DNA from: Octopus vulgaris
Lineage: Eukaryota
Direction: 5' to 3'
DNA: 64,000 nucleotides
Assembly: GCA_951406725.2 (NCBI GenBank)
Contig: OX597836.1
Span: 40,424,001-40,488,000, forward strand
The notes under the pieces were generated by a model that did not search any database, was not told the origin of the DNA, and saw only the letters and a program-made list of their open reading frames with translations. Shown piece by piece: positions 55,870-64,000 of the stretch (positions are counted from its first letter, which is position 1; every line of letters begins with the position of its first letter). Both the position numbers and the translations under genes were made by a program.

Positions 55870-56200
55870 ATATGAGACTCTGCCAAGAGCTTTTTCCTCC
55901 AAGACCCTCCAAGTTATGTTGTAGCCTGTAGCTTTCTCTTTTAGTCTACGGACGGAATTTAAGAGCTTCGTCTTACAACACCTGCCCACGATTCAGAAAG
56001 AAGCAAAGCTGTTGTTGAATATCGCCTTAAATATTCCTTCTGTCATGCTAATATGGTGTCATTTGCAGGTGTTGTAGTCGACTTGGTTTCTCTAGATTCC
56101 GCCCCGTATACAATAACCTGTGTCTGACAGGATCTGTTTAGAGGATATATATTCTTCTTCCGGCAAGAGCAGGCAGCCATACTAGATAGAACAGGCTTAT
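55870..56200 (-). pseudogene. Decayed RTE-like LINE ORF C-terminal fragment
   Basis: Translations VIVYGAES (compare LLYGxExW) and ITWRVLEEKALGR (compare TWxxLExxAxDR). Confidence 0.4.
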
Positions 56201-56234
56201 ATGAGAAAAGAACTAAGCTTTATCCAAATATTAG

Positions 56235-56952
56235 TTTTAAATTTGGCACAAGGCTAGCAATTTCGGGGCAGGGGGTAAGTCGGTTAAATCGACCCCAGTG
56301 TTTAACTGGTACTTATTTTATCGGCGAGCTGTCAGAAACGTTAGCACGCCGGGCGAAATGCTTAGCGGTATTTCGTCTGCCGATACGTTCTGAGTTCAAA
56401 TTCTGCCGAGGTCGACTTTGCCTTTCATCCTTTCGGGGTCGATTAAATAAGTACCAGTTACGCACTGGGGTCGATATACTCGACTCAATCCGTTTGTCTG
56501 TCCTTGTTTGTCCCCTCTGTGTTTAGCCCCTTGTGGGTGGTAAAGAAATAGGTACTTATTTTATCGACCCTGAAAGGATGAAAGGCAAAGTTGACTCTGG
56601 CAGCATTTGAACTCAGAACGCAATATCGGAAGAAATGTCGCTAAGAATATTTCCTCGGGCGACAGCGATTCTACCAGCTAGACGCATTAACGCTAACCTT
56701 AAGATTATTTTTTATAGTTTCTGTAAATATATATTTATTTCTTTACTACCCACAAGGGGCTAAACACAGAGGGGACAAACAAGGACAGACAAACGGATTA
56801 AGTCGATTATATCGACCCCAGTGCGTAACTGATACTTATTTAATCGACTCCGAAAGGATGAAAGGCGAAGTCGACCTCGGCGGAATTTGAACTCAGAACA
56901 TAACGGCAGACGAAATACCTATTTCTTTACTACCCACAAGGGGCTAAACACA
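56235..56952. mobile_element. Nested SINE S2 cluster
   Basis: S2 (+) 56324-56550 sits inside an older S2 (-) with 16-bp TSD GGTACTTATTTTATCG. A headless permuted S2 (-) follows at 56734-56952. Confidence 0.88.
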
Positions 56953-57616
56953 TATATACGTATATACACATATGTACACATACATACTCACACAAAATAT
57001 TGTATATATTTATCTATGTGAATGTTTGTGTATATACTTATGTATATACACACCATACCTAATATTACTTATAACTGTCAAGTCATATCCTAATTCAAAC
57101 GTAACTATGTCTTTCCATTGCACACCTCTATAAAATTTCCTCTAATAAATGACTTATTTGAAGTTTGAATTACTTACCTACTTACTCTTCTATAGAGGGA
57201 ACCTTTATTTCCCTTAAAACCTTTATTTCCCTCATATTTTCAAATAACCGTGAGCTCCCTCAGTTTTAGTTTGGACGCAACTAGATTCACATTCTTTAGA
57301 ATTGCTCTCAATTTTTATAAGGATGAATATGTATACCCGAATTTATTCTCTGCTATTTCCTTCATCAAGTCTTCTGTAATAATAATCATATTTTTCTTAT
57401 ACCTCTTGCGCTGAGAGGAACAGTGATATGTAAAACATGTTAACATGTTAATATCGCTGTTTGAAACGTTCGTATGCATGTATTAAAATTCTTTCGAATC
57501 TCAATATCTTCTCTTCTCCATTTTTAACAAATTTGTTGAGTTCTATGGGATACCTTTCCATAAATTCTCATAACACACCATATACTTATATATGTATATA
57601 TATATATATATATATA

Positions 57617-58110
57617 TAATCAAAATTAGAAACAAGGATATCCAAAGTAGTGTAGTACAATCGTTTCATGCTACTTCATTTTATTAAACAATGTAAGTAT
57701 TACATCAGTTTTAAAATGTCGAGCAATCTTCAGCCACATATAGAATTTTTTAATTAAACGGACAATGCATATTTTTATACTTATTTCATTTGCCAACATT
57801 ACAAAGAGGGTAGATATATAGACAGAGAGGTTAATTTAATCATTAATAACATGGTGGTAGTATGTCTTTCTCCATCTGTAGATTTTTTATTAATTTTTTT
57901 ATTGCTCGACATTTTAAAACTGATGTAATACTTACAGTGTTTAATAAAATGAAGTAGCATGAACCGATTGTACTCCACTACCTCGGATATCCTTATTGCT
58001 TATTTTGATTATAATCATCCCGTTTGATTTATATGGATAAAGCCATACAAAATTCTGGTGCCTTTAACTTAAGTACCATATTCAACTGAATCTAAATTTT
58101 GCTGAATTTA
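57617..58110 (+). mobile_element. Inverted-arm-plus-tail copy of the 29023 family
   Basis: Arms 57617-57727 and 57901-58012, tail 58013-58110. (TA)n flanks. Confidence 0.8.
57652..57737 (-). ncRNA. Type I hammerhead motif with long stem II
   Basis: GTGG-CTGAAGA-[long stem]-GAAA-CGATTG-TA-CTAC. Confidence 0.72.
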
Positions 58111-58294
58111 TATATATATTGAAAAATTCAAAACGCAACTTAATATGCAAACTCCTCGTTGATCATACTTCCTTTTTCTACCTCATTCTTCATGGTTGGA
58201 CTAACACAAATATATAAGGATACCATGCATTCATCACTTCAAGCTAAAACTTATATTCTTTAAATATCATTATTATTGTTGTTATTATTATTAC

Positions 58295-58363
<69 letters not shown>

Positions 58364-59074
58364 TATATATATTCTTTCTTTCTACAATAGGCACATGACT
58401 TGAAACTTGGGCGGGGTTAATGGGGGTGGGGCCAATCTAGTTCATCGAACTCAGTGCTCAACAGGTACCAGAAAGGATAAAGGCGAAGTCAACATCGGCA
58501 GAATTTGAACTTCAGAACGTGAAGCCAGAAAAAAAAGAAAACCGCGAAGCATTTTGCCCAGCGTGCTAATAATTCTACCCGTTCACCCTCTTCAGATATC
58601 TGTAATAATAGAGTGAATATATGACTTGTGCGATTCCACTCTGCCGCGCAAGGTTATACTTAAAATGGTTTTAAGCAGAGGAAAGTACTAAGGTTCTTAG
58701 TGCATTGCAAATGGATGCAGATGAAAGACTGTATTAGTTTGACTTCTAACAATCTTTATTCAAAATGACATTTTCTCATAAATGAGCAGTTTTCATTAAG
58801 GTTAAAGAGTTAATTTTATCCATTATTCACGGTGGACTTCAGACGCACACGTTCACCCTTTCGAGTATTTCAATCTTCCCGCACGCTGTGGCTATAAAGT
58901 GACCGACATTATTTGGTGGTGGTGGTGGGGGGGTCATACGTTCCTTTTGTCCTGCTTGGAATCCAGCCACCTCCATGTTGGGCGTTGGCGTAATCGCCGG
59001 ACTTCTGACCAAGTAAATGTTGGTATTGCATAATTTGTTACTAGTGGGACATACTAATGGCCGGGCCGAGAATA

Positions 59075-59330
59075 CATGCATGCATGCATACATACATACA
59101 TACATACATACATACATACATACATACATACATACATACATACATACATACATACATACATACATACATACATACATACATACATACATACATACATACA
59201 TACATACATACATACATACATACATACATACATACATACATACATACATACATACATACATACATACATACATACATGCATACATACATACATGCATGCA
59301 TACTTAGAAGCACACGAACATATATACATA
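59075..59330. repeat. (CATA)n microsatellite
   Basis: Directly visible. Confidence 0.97.
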
Positions 59331-59478
59331 CATACAAACATATATACATACATGCATACAAACATATATACATACACACACAGATTCATATCTATCTGTC
59401 TATGTATGTATGTATGTATGTATGTATGTATCTGTCTATCTATCTATCTATCTATCTGTCTGTCTGTCTGTCTGTCTA

Positions 59479-59510
<32 letters not shown>

Positions 59511-59552
59511 TCTATCTGTCTGTCTGTCTGTTTGTCTGTCTATCTATCTATC

Positions 59553-59583
<31 letters not shown>

Positions 59584-59757
59584 CCATACATCATTAAACT
59601 CACTCTCAGACACGCATTCATACACTTACACACACGTATTCCTATATGATCATTTAACTCTGCTAACTAGTCACCGAAGAAAGTCCATATGCATGCGTAT
59701 GTGTATGTGTATGTGTATGTGTTTGTGTGTGTGTGTGTGCGTGTGTGTGTATGTGTA

Positions 59758-59792
<35 letters not shown>

Positions 59793-60912
59793 GTGTGTGT
59801 ATGTGTATGTGTGTGTGTATGTGTATGTGTGTGTGTGTGTGTGTGTGTGTTTGCGTGTGTACATACTTATAAATAGCTGTAGTTTAGTACATTGTAATGC
59901 CGTCAACTGTTAAAATACAATCGCTACAGGCGACAGACTGCATCGTGTGATTATGTGATAATTACACAATTCCCTAATCTAGAATTCAAAAAAAAAAAAA
60001 GGGAAAAGAAGAGAAAAAAAGGAAATAAAACAAAATAAAATAAAATTCCTTCTAGAAGGAAGCGGAAGCTTTGAATAACTCCTGATGCATTCTGGGTGGT
60101 AGGTATGCTTCAACCTGACCAAACCTATCAACGAATTCGAAGATCGAAGAAATGAATCAGCAGCCGAGTTCAAAAGAACAGTAGACGAATATCAGTAAAA
60201 TCCGCTGTTCACTTCGGGAAGACACTCCATCCATGACCATCCCTGTTGTTTCAAGCTCATAGTACGTTTTGTGATCAGTGTTCATCTACAAAAGGGGGCT
60301 AAGTGCTTTACCAGTGTGTGTGTGGACATTCTAATACGGCCCTTCTCTTCCGTTTTACTATACACAAGGACCATTGTGAGTTTGAATAACCTGTGTCCTA
60401 TAGAAGATGCATTGTCCTGTTGAATAACCATTGCTCGATTGAATATCTATTGTACTATTTAGCCATTGTCCCTTTAGAACAATGCACTATAGATGGCGAT
60501 TAATGTATTGTGAATGCGTTAATGGGCTGATTTATATATATGGAAATAAGGTGAAGACCGACATACGTTGGTTAAACAAATATGGCAGCTTTTTAAGTTT
60601 AACTAACATATCTACTCGGTTCTTTAATAATGGATTAAGCACACACAATGCCAACACACTCGCTCATGCACACATACATGCCGACAGACGCCTACGAACA
60701 GTTACAGAGAGACACATACACACGCACGCTTAAACAGGCATAGATTTTTCTATACGTATGCCTGTCTATACATATGTATGTACGTATGTACATATATGTT
60801 TATATGTACGTACGTATGTATATTCATATATACATATAAGTATATACATATATACATATAAGTATATATATGTACATACAATTACACACAGACACAGAAA
60901 CAGGTACACACA

Positions 60913-60967
<55 letters not shown>

Positions 60968-61101
60968 ATATTTGTTTGCATATGTATAATATGTGTGTGT
61001 GTGAACGAGAGTATGTGTGTATAATCTCTTGTGCCTTTTGAATGTTGGTTTGATCTATATAAACGTATGTATGAATGGGTTTATATCTATATCTATCTAT
61101 A

Positions 61102-61179
<78 letters not shown>

Positions 61180-61639
61180 CATGCATATATATATATATGG
61201 ATTTATATCTATCTATCTATCTATCTATCTATATCTATATCTATATCTATCTATATATATATATATATATATATATATGCATGTGTATGTACGTATGTTT
61301 ATGTGTATGTATGTATATATGTACGTTATGTCTTATGTCTATATGCATAATCGATTATAATACGAACAGAAATCACTATATCGATATAAATGCGCATATA
61401 AATCGACGTTCACACACAAGCTGTTTAAGTGTGAGTATATATAGATATGTGTATATATGCTCATATGTGCGTGTATGCGTATGTGTGTATTTGCATGCAT
61501 ATATTTACATATATTAGATGAATGTGTATGTTTGCGTATGACCGTATTTGATGAAGTGTTAATTGCTACATAATTAATAACGATGTTCTGGACATTAGGT
61601 AAGGTCAGACCATCAGATCACTGTCTGTAGTTTGTCTCT

Positions 61640-62151
61640 AACAAATGGCCATTGCTCCATCTTCACAGATAATTACCCCGTCTCCTCCTTGTGCTCCCTG
61701 ACTGTCAATGGCATTTCTGACTTTCCAACCAGCAGTCGCCCACGCATACCAGCCTCCCCTCTACACGCCACCGATGTTATCCAAGGGAAAGGCAAAGGGG
61801 CCGATACAGCTTGGCACCAGTGACATCGCAGCTCATTTATTAACGTGCAAGTGGCTGAGCACTCCACAGACACGTGTACCCTTAACGTAGTTCTCGGGGA
61901 GATTCAGCGTGACACAGAGTGTGACAAGGCTGGCCCTTTGAAATACAGGTACAACAGAAACGGGAAGAAAGAGTGAAAGAAAGTTGGGGTGAAAGAGTAC
62001 AGCAGGGTTTGCCACCATCCCCTGCTGTCGCCTCGTGGAGCTTTAGGTGTTTTTGCTCAACAAACACTCACAATGTCTGGTCTGGGGATCAAAATCGCGA
62101 TCCTACGACCACGAGTCCGCTGCCCTAACCACTGGGCCATTGCGCCTCCAC
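61640..62151 (-). mobile_element. SINE S1 with tail a switching to another sequence after CACGTTAAT (~61839)
   Basis: 61839-62151 matches S1a. The distal boundary is uncertain. Confidence 0.75.
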
Positions 62152-62491
62152 ATTTATATGTATATGTTTGTATGTATACGAGCGTGTATGTGTTAGAAAT
62201 AGAAGGGAGAGAGAGGAGATAGATAGATCGAGAGAGAGAGAGAGACATATAGTGTGAGAGAAGAGGAGGGAGAGTGAAATGGAAAGACGATGTATGACGA
62301 AGAAGGCGGTATATAATAACTAAATGACCAGCAGCGAAGACCTAGTTATTAACTAGGTTCAACGACTCGCGTCAGCAATAAGCGTCAATAAAAAGTTTCA
62401 GTAACAATATTTAGTTGTTAAGATCAATATCCAAAGTGTCTTTCTTAGAAAATCGGTTTCCCAACATGCAATTAACCATTCTTTAATTATG

Positions 62492-62786
62492 TATTTACAG
62501 AAATTATAAAAAATAATCTTAAGGTTGGCGTTAATGCGTCTAGCTGGTAGAATCGCTGTCGCCCGAGGAAATATTCTTAGCGACATTTCTTCTGACATTG
62601 CGTTCTGAGTTCAAATGCTGCCAGGGTCAACTTTACCTTTTATCCTTTCAGGGTCGATAAAATAAGTACCAGTTACGCACTGGGATCGATATAATCGACT
62701 TAATCCGTTTGTCTGTCCTTGTTTGTCCCCTCTGTGTTTAGCCCCTTATGGGTAGTAAAGAAATAGGTATTTCGTCTGCCGTTACG
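62492..62786 (+). mobile_element. Chimeric SINE S2 (diverged head plus flank, type 1 tail, wrap junction)
   Basis: 62492-62670 is the inverted duplicate of 56551-56729. Junction AAAGAAATA|GGTATTTCG at 62766. Confidence 0.85.
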
Positions 62787-62816
62787 TGTGTGTGTCTGTA
62801 TGTATATATATATATA

Positions 62817-63013
62817 CGCCATGATAAATCGTTAGCCACTACACCCATTTTTTCTCTCCGTGTTTCTCTCCTTGTTTTCTGTGTCCCTTTCTGTAGAAGA
62901 GCGTAGGCTCGAAACGTAAAAGACTTTTTCTATTCCTGAGCGTTATACTAATACATCTGTTTATTTTGTACACCACCCGTTTTCGTCTTTTGTTTTTTTT
63001 TTCCGTAAACTCT

Positions 63014-63017
<4 letters not shown>
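62817..63017 (+). mobile_element. Family B element
   Basis: CTTT-CTGTAGA-A-GAGC-GTAG-GCTC-GAAA-CG-TA-AAAG at 62887-62922. Confidence 0.82.
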
Positions 63018-63056
<39 letters not shown>

Positions 63057-63351
63057 TTATGTAAATGGGTGGGCGAGTATTTACCCAAACCTTGTCCATT
63101 ATCTTCTAACATATGTCTATATTAATATATTTATAAGTGGTAATATTGAGAGTTTCTAAGAAGACAAAAGCTTTGGGGGAGTTCCCTGTGTTTATATAAG
63201 GCGTTAGACTATAGACGTACTAAAGTGTGTAATATGAGACCCAAAGCTGTCTGTTTGTCATCCGAGAAAGTACAGACTTTGCTACCCGTATATTTGCATA
63301 AAATCAATGTAATTTTCCATATATATGCATATATCTATGTTGATATTGGCT

Positions 63352-63590
63352 CAGGCGTGGCTATGTGGATTAGAAGTTTCCTTACTAACCACATGGTTAT
63401 GGGTTCAGTTCCAATGCGTAGCACTTTGAGCAAGTGTCTTCTACTATAGCCCTACGCCGACCAAAGACTTGTGAGTGGATTTGTTAGACGGAAACTAAAA
63501 GAAGCCCATCATGTATGTGTGTGGGGGGTGAATACATTTGTGTTAATCCCCCACCACCACCACCACTTCACAACTGGTATTGGTTTGCTT
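63352..63590 (+). mobile_element. Diverged SINE S3 5' part
   Basis: CAGGCGTGGCTATGTGG..GGGTTCAGTTCC..GCAAGTGTCTTCTACTATAGCC. Confidence 0.8.
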
Positions 63591-64000
63591 ACATTAAAGG
63601 TGATGGCAAGTGAAATAATTTGTGGGGAGGGACTAAGTTTTTTCCTCCGTTACTTAGCCCGTCTGTAACGCTTTCACATGATTAGTTGAAGGGGAAAGCG
63701 AAGAGTGAAAGAGAAAGGAGAGAGAAAAGAGGATAAGGCGAAGAGTGAGAGAAAGAGTCTATAAAATTGTGCATAAAGTATATAAAATGTATACATAAAG
63801 TTCATTAAGTAATCAACGTATTCTAATTTCCTTCATTTTCAATGATTAGCACATGAGCGACTATCTTTTGATAAAGACACAACACTTTAATTATCAATTC
63901 TGGTAAAGAGAAGCAAGGTAAACAGTACGTTATTTGACATTATGGAAACAGACATGTTTCGCTCTTATTAGCTCTCTTTAGTGACGTATATAATAAATAA

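Noticed and set aside
57168-57186. Minus-strand AG|GTAAGT
   Set aside because: Purine-rich upstream sequence with no acceptor tract.

Overview
Eukaryotic, extremely microsatellite-rich non-coding DNA. The SINE repertoire points to a coleoid cephalopod, most likely Octopus (inference). No intact host protein-coding exon is supported, and almost all listed ORFs are translations of (TA)n, (CA)n, (CATA)n, (GATA)n, (AAT)n or (GGT)n tracts. Contents: three tRNA-derived SINE families (called S1, S2, S3 here) in many copies, a complete but frameshifted IR/DR Tc1 (DD34E) transposon (34527-36132), a mariner fragment, hAT and piggyBac MITEs, a probable non-autonomous Helitron and decayed RTE/Dong-like LINE pieces. 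Main discoveries: (1) several unrelated short elements inserted in (TA)n tracts carry type I hammerhead ribozyme motifs and often share an inverted-arm-plus-tail architecture (Penelope-like/retrozyme-like), and one starts exactly at its own predicted cleavage site; (2) a strong candidate recursive splice site (branch point, pyrimidine tract, CAG|GTAAGT at 30891/30892) suggests the window lies in a giant + strand intron; (3) SINE S2 forms exact 184-bp multimers through one recurrent junction; (4) one S3 copy is A-to-G biased, possibly a retroposed ADAR-edited RNA. All alignments and folds were done by eye, so boundaries are approximate unless a TSD or TIR is cited.
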